A stretch of 64,000 bases of DNA from Bugula neritina (GCA_964035545.1 OZ037767.1:14946998-15010997), one strand, 5' to 3'. Numbered from the stretch's first letter, positions 49,001-63,175 are shown. Notes: generated by a model from the letters alone, not told the origin. Program-made: numbers and translations.

Positions 49001-52000
49001 AGTATATTTAGATAGTTGGCATTCATGAAATATTTGAATTGTGTAATATTATGGTGGTACGGTCACATGTGTATAGTTATTTTAAATGTGAGTAATAGTT
49101 TCTACCTTTAAGCTTTTAGTGATTGAAAATCATTGTCAACTTATTATACACTAGCCATCTTTTTAATAATTCAATCTATGCGCTAATAGCCGAAAAATCA
49201 TATTTCATAAATAACTTGAAGCTAGACTCTTGTCGATTAGTGAAGAAATGCATTGCAAGCTAGTGCGTTGGAAAGATATTGGTGTATATTCATCTAAAAA
49301 TAGCATATTTAAAGCATTAATGCACTGATTGTAGCTTTGCCTTAATGTTCTGTACATCACATATCTCTATTCAGATAATATCAGTAACTTGTAGATCAGG
49401 GTTTTCCATGGTTATATAATGTATCATTTCTATAGAGTTGTCTGACCTCTTCCTATCCATTTAGCCTAAACTTATTGGCCATGAGTCACTTTGGTACAAA
49501 TTAAAATATAAAAAGATTTTATATTTTAGTTTTAGAAGTTAAAAAGCTCAGATATTAACTAATGTACTAGTTTGTAGGTCTGCAAGGATTAACAGAATAT
49601 AAAGAGGGTTTTCAATAATTTGTGTGGAAACTCACTGATTTTAAGATAAAACTGCTATAATAGTGTATTGAACTGCATGCATGCCTCATAATAAAGCTCA
49701 ATTCTCAATTCCAAGGTCATAGTAACAGCTGCATTTCTTCTTTAATTCATAAAAAGAAATGTATTATATATTACAGAGGTTTGTTTTTCATTGTCTCAGC
49801 TTGTATTATATACAAACTGATTAATTTCTTATTTATACCCTAGATGAAATCAAATACTTCTTCTTTTACTCGTTTTGCATTTCACTTCCTTTTTAAACAG
49901 CAAGCTGCAGATATTTCAATTATATTGTATCGTATATTCTTTTTTTATAGTTAACCATAAATGTGAAAATACAACCCAGTATGAGGTACAGCGAAGCCAC
50001 CCCAACTTTTCACCAAATCAGAGATAATAGAAGAAAGATCCACGGGATAAATTTCTCAACCAGAGATGAAGCTGTAGCTTTCAGTAAGACAGTCAATGCA
50101 GTTTTACACATTTCACAGCAGAATTCAAACGGTACGTAGATTCGATTTTACCTTAGCAAAAGGTTATTGACAAATTTTAGCATGTGTTCCCTAGTTTCAT
50201 CATGAGCAGTCAATACAGTCATATATCGGCATATAGTAAAGATAATCCAGTCTATTGTATATCTCAACTGATAGTAACATTTGGAGTAACTGAGCACATT
50301 TCAACATGTCTGAATGCCTATATATGAGACATAATTTGGTATGTGTTGGCAAATGTATAGTGGAATGCTGGAAATAAGTGTATTACGTATGTGAAGTGTA
50401 TTTCATGCTAAGTTATCGCATATAGTCATACTCAACATGCTCCTGGTTAGTCAATAGACCTAATGTAATGTATTTACAACTTACATGATAGATAACTCCA
50501 ACTTCTCTATTCTTAGCCCTATAGGATCCACATTTACTCAACTCGCATTGTGTTAGGGGAGAGTTATTAAGCAACACATTATGTAACATATTATATAACC
50601 TGATGAATCAGAAACTAATTAACAGAGTAGCCTGAATAACTTAAAATACTTGAGTATTATTAGAGAGGACATTGAACTAACGCATCACAGAACTATAGTT
50701 TCAAAAAGTTAGAGACGGGCAGTGCTTTTTTATATGATATGCAACAGTTCAATTTCGGTCTTTTTTCTACCAATATTGCATAAGCAGAGTTAACTGTGTT
50801 GGTAGTGGGTAGAACATTATGAGGGCTACAGCTATAATATACGTACTTTCACACGGTAACAGCACATATAAGTTATATTTCCATGGAATGCTTGACGCAT
50901 ATCAAAAGTGAGCCAAGATAAAGCTGGCTTGACTCACTTACTGCTCATTTTACATGACGAGTTCTTCATTTGGCGTCTTCTAGTAGAAATAGAAACATAT
51001 GTTCGTTATAATAGTTGTATTCTATAAGATTACCTGCAGTTCGAATAACTTTGATGCTCAACCAGCACAAGTCAAACTGTTCTTTTATGAGAAGTTATAT
51101 AATCCATCACAAGTTTGTTCACAGAAAAGGGTCAACATAAATTTATGAGGAAATATATATTTTTTTGCAGTTTAGTTATATAAATGACATTTCATGAAAC
51201 TAACTTCCTGTAACTGTGAGTAATGCTATAGGGTTATTAAACAAATCATCGAGACCCTAACTGTTTGAGGTAGATACATGCAGTAATGGATTAGAAATTG
51301 TTCCAGATGAGAAATGTATTAAAAGAAGTTATGTCCTCATGAAAAATTCAACCTTCACCCCAAGCCGTAATTTATAAAGAAAGTTAAAGCCCTTGAGCTA
51401 TGAAAATTTCTCACTATTGCAGCTAAATTGCTAATATGATTATTAGGTTTAGACTTTCAGTAGACGCCATTGTTTGCTGGTCCAACACTTCACCAGAAAG
51501 ATTTTCTGCATCTAGCTAGTCACATGATATGTTGTAGATTCACAGAAGTCTTCACGTAAAACCTCAGCTGACGAGAGAAATGCTGCAGATATCCCTCGCT
51601 CACACTCTGCTAACATAATGTCTGCTTTCAACACTCCCTCTAGTGATCAACCTTTTGTCACGTGAGTATTACCATTTGAAATCCGTGCAACTAAAATAAA
51701 AAGTAAAATATTATGCTGAAAAGCCTCATTTCAGTGTTCAAAGTTATAGGGGGTCTACGGAGACCCCCCAACTTTTCCAGACTTGGAGTACTGGTTATAT
51801 GACTGGAACTTTAAAAAAGCTCAAAATATGAGTTTTTGCTAATAATATGGTTGGTTAGTTTAGGATACATTAGGCATAAATTTCCTTATAAGTGCAACCA
51901 AAATTAGTCATAGTTTCATGGTAACTTGAGACTGGAAACCTTATGGCTGAATTGTTTTCAATACTTATAAACATGATACACTGTGATACATCTTTATGAA

Positions 52001-55000
52001 AGCTTGCAATCTATACACTCATGGCTCATAGTTCCATATCTTCCAGTCTAAATATCGTATTCATCTATGCATGCCTTATTAAACCAAGCTGTCAGTAATT
52101 AGCCCATCAGCGATGCACGGTTCTACGAGTATGAATAGAAGGAGGGGAGAGTTGTTACATCATTACACGTCTATATATAGCTAACAGTATCGGCTTTCCT
52201 ATTGGCTCGTTAACAGTTGAGCAAACACGAGTATTCTCATTTCATTTCTTTAATGGCCGTTTGAGAGGTAAGATGGCTGAAACGGAAGGAGTTATAAATA
52301 TACCAGTACACATAGCCGCAGAAACTGCGGGACCATCATTCTACCGGCGTTCCCCCTCCAGGCAAACACCGTCAATGTTTACGATTAGGGATAACACGGT
52401 GTTTCAAAATCCACCGAGTTTTGATTATAATCACATTCACAACGGAATAGCCGGGAGTGTATTGCAGAATGGCTCAGGGGAGATAAACACAGGTGGACAT
52501 CTTTCGCCCCCTGAACAACCTCAGCATCGTTCAGTCAGCCCACGACTTATGTAAGTTTAATTTTTTGCGAAAAGTTTGTAACTGTTGAAAATATTGAAAA
52601 ATTTCATCATTTTCTTTTATGGAATGACCCAAAGTTTTAAAAAATATTGTATGCTCATAGTTACTGCATTACTTGAATATAAATTAGCAATATTTTAGCA
52701 TATTGGAAAATATCCAAATAAATGTTTATGCAGCTGGGAATTTCATTGGCTCCTCAAATAACAGCATTACGTAAAAGATTAATACCATATATAGTAAAAG
52801 AATGTCTTCTATAACCTATATAGTGTGTTGTAAACAGTCTTAATGAATGTTGTTTATTTCGAAATACACATCTGTTAGATTATAGAGCAGCTGTAGATAT
52901 GTGTACAGGCTGAGGTTTTGATATACTCACATGTACTGTAGTTGTTGTCTATACTACACAGCATCTTACAGCCTTGAACTATACCATGTAGAGAGTGACC
53001 TTTGTAGTTATGTTATTGTGGTAGTATAATTATTAAACCCCATAGGGGTAAGGTGTAATAAAACAATGCAAATCAACTTGGCCCATGTTTTTGGGGGTAT
53101 AGGTTTATTACCATGCATGTGCTTTTAATATCCGTAACTACTGATGGTTTATACAATTGGAATGTACAATTCCCATTTTATAACAGCATATAGCATAACA
53201 TCTTAACCACATTGCTTTACACTCCATGTGATATGTGAAATAAACCTTATTAACCTTATTAACTAACTCTCTATTAGAAAAATAGAAAATGAAACTCCTA
53301 TTTTATTTTATAGTTAATAAACCATGCTAAAACGATATCATATGCTCCAATTATCGTTGTACAATTCTTTTTGTTTTGCTGATTACTTCAAATACATATC
53401 ACCTCACAGTTCAAACTAATGTCAAACTTTGTTGGTATATCCAGACAACTTAATTTTTGAACAGCCAGTAGCCAATGATGACTAAAATTGACTTCTACGA
53501 CTGTTTTATGTTGGGATGAGTCATAGTTTGCACGCCAACTCTACTTCCTGTTTTTATAAGAATGAATTTACTAAAGACCTCCGAAGATATAGCCCTTGCG
53601 TTGACATGCAGTGTGCACTATGACATGCAGTATACACACATCCATATTCAGTTGTACGTCTTTCCATGTTTATACTGCATACAGCAAAAGTTTCTCACGT
53701 CTCCCACATGTTTCACTCCAGTTCCTCAGAACTATGGTGGTTGATTCAAACAACACTTCGTTTAGCAGCATTATGTAACTGTTTTTTCCAAAATAGTAAA
53801 AAAATTCATTCACTAATCAGCCGAATGCAGCGAAGTTATAAACAAATACTAAATTATGTTTTATAGTCATCATTCTATGGAATATGTGTGATGAAATATA
53901 AGCATATACTAGTATAATAAGCATGCTATATCGATAATAAGCATGTACTGATAATAAGCACATGCTAGTAATAAGCATATAATATAGTTATGCACATGTT
54001 TCAGCTACAGTTCGAACAGTTGATAATTAATTATTTTCATCCAACATATCAAGTTAATTAGTTCCATAACTATTAACAGGAAGTAGGGCTGTATGCTGCT
54101 TATAGAAGATGAAATCCCTACTATACTATCAGGTGTTAAGAGCAGTTAGTATATTATATTACTCATCCTGGTTTAAGTGCATCTCACATGTATATCTGTT
54201 ATATACTCAACTATAGCCTCAGATCAGTGTATTGACAAGCCTGTATCTATTATATCATTATGGAATATGATACATTATGAGAATTACAGCAATATTTTAT
54301 GCAGTTTCAAGTTAAATTGATGGCTGAAGTAAATTTACCCATAGTAATGTGGTACTTACAATTTTATAATTAGTGTGTGGTGCATTTATCTTAGACTATA
54401 ATATTATTCAAGTGCAGGTATAAACCATGCATACATTGTTTGAAAAGAAGTTGACCTACAAGTAAATAGCCTATCACCATGGTAACTGCATTTATGCTAA
54501 ATACAGTCTGTAGGCTATTACAAAATTTTTACACACACACGCACGTACGCACAGGCACGCACACATACACACACATATTTATATTGAATTTCCAATACCT
54601 ATTATTTGTAAAAAAAGCTGATTTTTTTAATTACATATCTAACAATACTTTAGTTGTACCTAGAGAATATATTGTGTATTTTAGCAATCGCTCCTAAACA
54701 TTTACAACACTAAAAAGCTAATAAACTTGAACAGTTGTTTTTAAAGTTCTATTTAGTTATTATTATTATATGAAGATGTATCTATATACTCCATCTGCAG
54801 CACACAATGCTGTCGTAAGCTAAATATATTATTTTAGTATAGTTTGAAATACTTCACAAAAGCTGGTTTGTCTTTAGAAATGTAAATATGTCAGCCCCAA
54901 CTGGTAAGATCACCTTTTCATAACTTTCTTTGTTTATTAGCATTTATTATGTATAAGTTACTCTAAATCAGACAGCATTTAGCAAGAGTATAAATAGCTG

Positions 55001-58000
55001 TTTTTCTCTTTTCAGATTGAAAACCAATGGTACTGCAGTGACTAGCTCCCCTTCACCCACCCTCTCTAATCACAAGGTACTCATTTATACAACTTTGTTA
55101 ATTACTAGTACTATAACTTCTACACAGTCTGCTATAGATTAAGGTGTATTGTAGTTAAAATTATTAATGAAAGATGTTACTGCCTAATTTTGCACTTTAT
55201 TTCAATGCCAGTGCAAGGTGGAACAGTGCTTAGTATTTTGAATGTAGACAAATACAAAACATAAATACAACTACGCAGATATTATAAAAGTAACACTGTG
55301 ACAATGTGTAATGCATGGTTTAGTTAGATTATAAAAACTGTTATTATAACTCCTAGAAACTCAAACTACTGCAATATGAATTAAGAACTGTAATAGTTTG
55401 CTGTATTTTATATTGTTATTATGTTACTTTGATGTAAATGTGATAAATTAGAGTTAATATGTTTTGATCAGTACAATGCTTGGGAAACATGGCTAAAGAA
55501 TGCCACGGTAATTGTCTGCCCCTACCCAATTGTTAGTACATATTGGTAGAACCACGACCTATAAACTTCCTTTCCCTATGTTTTGTGTCAGCGGTGGTGG
55601 GTATCACAGTATATTGTTGTGGTGGTGGTTAGTATATGTTCTCATTTTATAATCTGTCATCCTGCAAGGTGGCACACTGCAAAGTGTTATAATGCAAACT
55701 GTCACAATGCTATGTGTCACAAGGTGTCACAAGATGTCACAGTGCTATATATTGTTTTTATTTAATTCTTATGTTACCTTGCACATGTAGCTCCTTTACA
55801 ATGTGTAGCTTGTTATGTTGTGAGAAAGTGAGATTTTGAGCAAGAAAAATGTTTTTTTTTTATAAATCCCCAAACGATAGCTATATATTTACATATGTTG
55901 GCAGCCATCATTTTATTTATTCTAAAGTGCCAGCATCTCTTTCTTTTGGACAAAAAGTTCCGCATTCATACTTTTCTATCATATGCAGTGACTCATTCAT
56001 TGATATCCATTTCCTGTTCAGGTTTCGTACGATCGGCAGACACTTCCTGTGACATCATATCCTGTAGAAAGCAGCTCGTACCCGCAGCCAGTCATGTCGC
56101 CCACTCCCCTTCCATATTCCCACTACACTAGTTACAGCACTGTGGCTACCCCAGCCGCTGTCTACAGCAATTCTCGTCAAGTTCACCGGCAGCCCAGTCA
56201 GGCTGACTCGTATGCTAGCGTTCCTGTGAGCTACGGCAGCGCCACTAATGACAGCACACCAATCAGTGAGCAGCACACTCTGGTTAATAACTTCGCAGTA
56301 AATAAGGATGCTTACAAACACTTGCCGACGCACAGTATTGAAAGGTCTGCATCTATTGGTGGAGATCAGAATGGATTAGCCAATGAACTACCGGCTGCCA
56401 TATTTAACATAGCCAACTCTGTCAAAGGAAGTTCAACATCAAGTTTGGATAGTCCGACCGCAGGTATCTGACAATAGTCTATCTATTAACCCACCTATTA
56501 TAGACTAGCTCACCTATTAGACATGATCCAGCTAGTAAACTTTCATCTACTTACCACCCATGTATAGTACTACTACCTCACTACTCACTCGATTTAGAGT
56601 TTTCTGCTCATCAAACATCTACTAGAATTTAGTATTCTAATAATTCTTATAATAGTTATTCAACACACCACGGCATTTATCAAATTTTGTCCTTTAACTG
56701 TGTCATAGTTAAACTAATCTTCTTGTTTATACAACTCATCCAGTAAAACTATTTCTGTTTAAATTGATACTTTTTGTGCCCATAGTAACAATCTTTCTTT
56801 CAATAGAACAAGTCAAGCTACCATCTGTACCATCTCCTCCACCACCTCCACCACCTCCAGCTCTTCCTGAAGGGGGCATACCTCAACCCTTTCGCCCTGT
56901 GCCCAGCTCTGCAGGTTCCTCTGCGGCTCCTCTGTCAGGATTAGCTGCTGCCTTGAAGTCAGCGACACTGAAGTCTGTCTCGTCTAAGGTAAGTTCTGTC
57001 TCGTCTAAAGTAAGTTCTATTTTTAGCCTAGCCGGAGTTCTAGCAGATATTTTTAGCATAGAAGAAGTTATTAACTGTTTGAGTTCTTTGTAACTGAAGA
57101 CATAAACTAGGCAGTGAATAACATCTGTGAGCATATAGGTAGAAAGTCGTTGTTGGTGTCTAGTGGTGTTATGTCATAGCGGAAAGTTACATGTTGAACC
57201 ATTGTTAGGCTTAATGCTGCTACCAACAATAATAACTTCTATGATAGGGTTTTTTATATATTCAATTTAATTAATAACTTCGTTAGGAAAGCAATACAGT
57301 TTTCTAAGATATGCAAAATTTAGGTTTATATTGCAAGTATGAAGGTGTGATGCAACAAAAAATAACTGAGTTGAACAACATGTAGCTCTAGTGGTAATAT
57401 GAGAAATGCTGATTTAGGTAGAGACATCTAATATCCCAGCCCCAATGGTAACTGCTAAGGCTGGTTTAATGGAAGAAATGCAGAGAAAATTAGCCAGAAG
57501 AAAGGCTAGAGCTGATGGGGAGGTGAGATGTATGGATTTTAGTATCTAAGAATAGCTTCTGAATTACCCTGGTATTGATTTGTCTCGAGTTTTTGCTTTA
57601 TAACTTAATTTTCATTTATTCTATATTTTCGAATAAAACAGGATATGACATCAGCAAGTAGTGGCAGCTCCAGATCTTCTCCTTTTCAAGCTGTACCTCA
57701 CACGACTGTCTCTACATTCAATCAGCAAGTTTTAAAGTAAGTCAGGCATCTCCTCTCACTGCTACTACAATACTAATTCTATATTTATGTTAGAGCTTCA
57801 CAGTATATAGTTCAATAATGTAAATTGTTGCTGTTTGTAGTTGCTATCAGGTTGCAATCAAATTAACAAAACTATATATATTAATTATTGCAACAAAATC
57901 ATAAAAATTAGCTGAATGTAGAATGAATTTCAATGATAATGGCTGTACCTTGTCTTTATTCTGTTAATCTATACCGCGTGCGTGCAGCTTACTTGTAATG

Positions 58001-59469
58001 AATAGTAAAACTTTATAGTGATTATAATAATTAATTTTCCAGAGTTGCTCAATTGTATACTACTTTGGAGTTACCCACTCTCACATGTAACTTTAAAATA
58101 TTAATTCTGCCCTTTTCATCTTGTTCACTAGCAGATTTTTCTATAAACAACATCATCATAATATGTTCCTTCACATTACTTTACTATGCAAAGACCCGAG
58201 TTTGGTTGTTGCATTACATCTAAAAATAGAACTACTTACTGATTCATTAGAGAATCTTAGGTTCTCAGTCTATCTCCAGCTAGTCCCCAGACTAAGTTAT
58301 ATTAGTGCTGACTCTGTTATCCTATGCTGCCAGGCCCTCCTACCAACAATCACCGCTGCCGAATAATTCTCAGCTCAACAAGAAGGCAGCAGCTGAGTCG
58401 CTGCCGCACCAACTCGAGCAACTTAAACAGGAACTGATGGTAGAGATCAAGGATGACCTTGAGAAGCTGCGACAGGACATCATATTGGGTATAGAATAAT
58501 CTAATTTATACAATATATGATAAGTAATAAATCATATATATTATTTATTATATACAATAAATAATATATATATTATTTATTACCTCTATGATATAATAAA
58601 TAATATATAATAAATATAGTTTATTATATATAATATATAATAAATAATATGAATTTTCTATTATATGCAATGTATAATATATCTTACATAATATATATCA
58701 TAAATGATATAATATATGCCATGTATAATATGTAATATTTATATATATGTATATATAGTGTATGATGAATAATATATATTATATATAATATATAATATGT
58801 AATGTATGATATAATATATATTTACCATGATATATTAAGTTTATACATATTGAATATATAATGCAAGTTGAAATTACAATTACTTGTAGTTCAATAATAA
58901 TTGAATAGTCACAAAAGTTTGATTAAATACTGTTTTCCTGCATATTTCTGGTTTTTTAATAAGGTTGTTTTATGCAATATTATTTACATTATGAAGCTTA
59001 AGTTTTGTTCGTATGTTTAAAAAAGGGTTCTAGGTTTTTGCTTAGACCTAATTGCTTTGATTTTTTGTAGATCAACTTTTAACACAGTACCCTGTTATCT
59101 TAGTTATTAAAATTTTGATGAATAATTTTACTTTATGATAGCTTGAAGCATATTCATGTTTTGTTTTATAGCCATTGAAGAAAGTAAATGAAGACGTTGG
59201 TGTCCGTGAATAAAGACGGAAAGAGAATGTTCCGCATATTTTTCTGCATAAATATTTCTGCATATATATTTCTGCATATATACTTTTGCATATACTAGTG
59301 CATATGTTTCTGCGTACATCAGAGTGCAGCAGATAATTTTATTAGCTGAGTAAGCTATGTAGAATAATGGCTCATTGTAGTTAAATAAATTATGATAAAT
59401 TTTAAAGAGTTTGTAGCAATAAATTCTTTCAATTATATATTTTCAGCAGTTATTAAAAATAGACAATAG
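46084..59469 (+). CDS. ena: Ena/VASP family actin regulator
   Basis: Exons 46084-46232 (tentative), 47985-48162, 49951-50131, 51538-51661, 55016-55076, 56022-56463, 56807-56988, 57418-57522, 57642-57736, 58334-58488 and 59447-59469. EVH1 (MGEQSLISIRASVVIYDDTYKKWLP...ATPTFHQ...GINF), poly-Pro, GAB (GLAAALKSATLKSV), FAB (GLMEEMQRKLARRKA) and the tetramerisation coil (LEQLKQELMVEIKDDLEKLRQDII). Confidence 0.92.
46665..47990 (+). repeat. 44-bp minisatellite, about 30 copies, each a copy of the Ena EVH1-exon acceptor
   Basis: Unit TACAGTACTATAGTTAGTATACAATGTGGTATATTATACGGTAT; the last copy reads GGTATTACAG|TACTATGGGAGAA. Confidence 0.9.
48182..48308. mobile_element. Palindromic MITE-like element (127 bp)
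   Basis: Perfect 18-bp terminal inverted repeats CTATAAGCAGCACCGAGT / ACTCGGTGCTGCTTATAG with further imperfect pairing inside. Confidence 0.7.
48334..48497. mobile_element. Tourist/Harbinger-type MITE (164 bp)
   Basis: TIRs CACTGCGTTTCCAT / ATGGAAACGCAGTG, flanked by TAA at 48331-48333 and 48498-48500. Confidence 0.8.
52273..52550 (+). CDS. Alternative Ena exon (likely an internal first exon of an EVH1-less isoform)
   Basis: Open frame MAETEGVINIPVHIAAE... ends at a strong donor AT|GTAAGT in phase 2, compatible with exon 55016. TATATATA at 52172. Confidence 0.6.
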
Positions 59470-60693
59470 ATGAAACTAATCAAATGAGTTCTTGTATATA
59501 TCATATATATTATATAATATATACTATATCAATAATATACTATATTCTTTTAATTAGCATTTGAAGATATAGTTTTAAATTTATATTAATTAACTTCTCA
59601 AGGTTGAATTTTCTTATAGTTATGAATTTATTTATTTTATTGTGTCAAGTTTTTTGTATATTTTTTATTAGATTTGAAAGTAGAAATGAAATATTTTACT
59701 AAATTTTCATGACTTAACATTTATTTAAAAATTTTTTTTGACAATGTTAAAACCAATATATACTAATACAGATACATATACATGTTATAAAGATTACCAC
59801 GTATACACTTATACATGTTAGACTCACGTATTATGGTTAGACATATATTGCTTATATATTTATTGTATTGTAAAATATTTGAGCTGCATTTAGATGTTAC
59901 CTAACAGTAGCAGCTAGTGTTGCAATACAAATAAAATATTTAATTGCTATAAAGTGGGTCTGCATTTATTATCATATAATACACTAATTGAATAGATTAT
60001 ATATATTATATCATAATATATATATATATATATTCCCATAATTATTTGGCTTCATAGAGGGCTGCTCATAGGGGGCAGTGAAAAGTTTGACTGAGTCAAT
60101 ATAATTATCATTGACTCAGTCAAATATTGTCAACACTTGATGGAAACAAATCATTAAATTTTCAATAATCACAGCATTCCAGTAAAAGGGAATGGATCAG
60201 TACGGATTACATTGAAGAAAAGCCACACGTTTCTATGCAATCCATACGAAGCTAGCTTCTCCTAGTATAATTATTATGTAATAAGATCCACTTTCCCAGG
60301 AAAAAGCCTGATAAATCTGAGAGGGATAAAAATTGAGAAACTCGGAAAACCAAAGTATTTGGAGTCAACATCATATTGCTTTTTTCCTAATGTTTAGTGT
60401 TTAAAGGAAAAGACACGTCTGATTTCAATTTATAGCAAATAATTTATTCTAAAAGTACATGTTTATAAATACAATGTTATTTGCTACCATCACCAACATA
60501 ATATTATTTACAGATTACAAAGCAGCAAAACTCATCTGTTACTGATAAAAAAAGTTTAAAAAGGTTTAAGATAATTTGGCTAAAACTTGTGAAGTAAATT
60601 ATAACACAACGCCTTGTTTACAAGGAGGGAGAGAGGGAGGGGCGAGTCTATGAATAAACATAAAGCTAGTTGATGAGTTGATGCTGTGGTTAT

Positions 60694-63175
60694 TCAGTCT
60701 GTCTGTGTAGACACAGATCTGGTAGATTTCACAGGACGCTTCCTAGCAACAGGTATGTGTTTTTGTTCACACAATAAGTGACAGTCCAGCCAACAGCGTT
60801 CACAAAAGTACTAAAACATAGAAAATACATTCATTGTACTTCATAGACAAAATGAAGGCTGATCTTGACGTGCGAAGCCATATAACTTAAATATTTCTAT
60901 ATTTGCAAAATATGCCTACCACATGAAAAATAGAAGAAATCTTCAACCATTAGCACTTTAATAGGACTGAATATGTATCAATTGTGTGGTAATAATTTAG
61001 AAGTATAAAGACATTGGCTATTGGGCATTTTACCTGAAAGCATGAGGAGTGTTTACAGAAGTAGGGTCCCTCTCTCAACATACAATTACCACAGAGAGAA
61101 TCTTTTACAATGTGAGGATCAATCTGTATCTATACAACACAATTTGCACTGTTATAATCAGTATAGAAACAACCAACATAATATTGTTGCACCTTGAAAT
61201 ATTATACAAGAAATATTGTAGAACAATCAAAATAAAAATAGCAAACCAATGAATCAAGGATTGAAATTGTTGCAACATTGCCAAATTATTACAGTTAGTC
61301 AAAAGCTAATTAGAAAAAATTACGGCTAAGCTAAATATATAGCCATTTCAAGTTACTTGTCAAACTACCTTTTTTTGAAAGCCTATCGTATTAATAAATA
61401 GACATCCTTCCTCCACAGCCATTTTATAACTATTTTTGCATAGAAACTGCACTCGACCAGAACCTGAAATATTATCATATTTACTTTGCACCAGTAACAC
61501 CATGTTACAGAGTAACACATTATTTTAATGTTTATTTAGATTATAGTGTATGTTTGCAAACTGCTTACATATAAACTTCATGTAAATAACTAGAGTAGGT
61601 ATATATTAAATTAACTTAAGTATGAGGGTCAGTCTTACCAATTGGGTATTTGTTTTTATCCGTGTCTATGCTTGCTGAAATTACCCTCCCATAAACTTCT
61701 TTCATAATTTTTGCCAACATGCTGGCCGTAATCTTTCCATGTAATCCGCCTACAAATATGCTGTTCCCTTCTCCAATATTTTTTCTAGTCGTGAGATGAA
61801 AGTTATTATTTATATCCCAAGGGATTATCTCCACCTGGTAAACATTAAACTTTTCAGGTATATGGCATAGTCATTGTAATTTATAAACAAAACTATACAT
61901 TACAACCACTACACACATTTCATGGAAAGACAAATATAATAAATAACTGTTTATTCACCTTTTTACCCCTAATAGTAATTTTCCTTTCTCCATATTCTGA
62001 TTGAAGCAATCTCAGCATACTATCCACAGTTTGACCATCTTCAAATACTGCGTAAGCATATCCTACAAAAAGAAGTATTATTTTGCAATGAAGACTGTAA
62101 AGTTTTTTCTTGCACCAGACTGGGTTTGGGGACTGCACTTCACCTGGGCTATAGGATTTGTGCCAGTTTCCTCTGCTGGTTTTTATTACCAACTCAACTT
62201 CAAAGCTAGCTTGACTCAGCTGCATAGCTAACTACCGTTAGTTATTATAGCAAACAAGTAGACGAAAATTAGCTATCAGTATCTTATTAGGAACAGAACC
62301 AAACGGTTTCAGGGTTGGTTAAATAAGAAAGGTTGGTCTGTTATATAAGAAAAATAAAGATGAAATATTATTAAGATATTATATTTGCTATCATACCAGA
62401 TAATAAACCTTTGCTAGGTAGTTGAAGTTGGACTTTTCCAAATCTCTCCAATGCTAACTTTATTTCGTCTGAAATGTTTACATATAACAACAGTAATATT
62501 ATTCATAACTAACATTAACTTTGGAGTTCACTCTCACAGCTAACCTATAAACTAGATTTACAGCTATTCTAAAGGACAACATTAAACAAGTAAACAGACC
62601 TTTAGTCACATGCTTTGGTATTCCTCCAAGAAAAACTTTGCAAGAAAAACGTGGATTTTCGTTTTCATTTGGCATCTCACCTCGCCATTCGTGTGTTGCT
62701 GTCAGAAATTCTACAAAAATATTTAGCAAATATTGAAGTATATTTAAGTTTATAGTGTCACAAAGCTAAAATAATACATAATGTTAATAGAAAACAAGAA
62801 AATTTTGTTGTTGCCGATTATTAGACATATGAAACTACTGCTAGCTTACACTTGTCTTGAATAAATTGCTTTATATAACTTAAACAATAAACAGACTAAA
62901 ACTATTATTACACTGCTATAATGAAATATAATATTTCCTGGAGTATGACTTAAAAGTTTCTATTAAAATAATTGTTTCTGTTGTCTTTGCAATAGAAAAT
63001 ATATTTCACAGGCAAATTCAGTAAAAACAAATGTGATTTCATTTTCAAATATTTGTTAAAACTTTCTCTAACTTTCTGAAGTTGTATATATATATACCAT
63101 ACAAAGTATATAATCTATATGCTCTAAAGTATTTAATATGTAACTTTATGTACTATACTGAGTCTTACCAGCCAT
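60694..63175 (-). CDS. Divergent CPEB1-like RNA-binding protein (2 RRMs and ZZ zinc finger); 5' end uncertain
   Basis: Exons 63234-63169 (ATG at 63175), 62710-62600, 62468-62409, 62062-61959, 61834-61639, 61463-61369, 61129-61034 and 60810-60694. Motifs FSCKVFLGGIP, KGYAYAVFE, VEIIPW, IFVGGLHG, IDTDKNKYPIGSGRVQF, KIQIDP and CGNC...FCKHSSCFQYFCERCWLDCH...H. Confidence 0.88.

Noticed and set aside
51746-51770. GGGGGTCTACGGAGACCCCC hairpin as a Helitron end or terminator
   Set aside because: An isolated short hairpin with no CTRR end or other supporting element structure.
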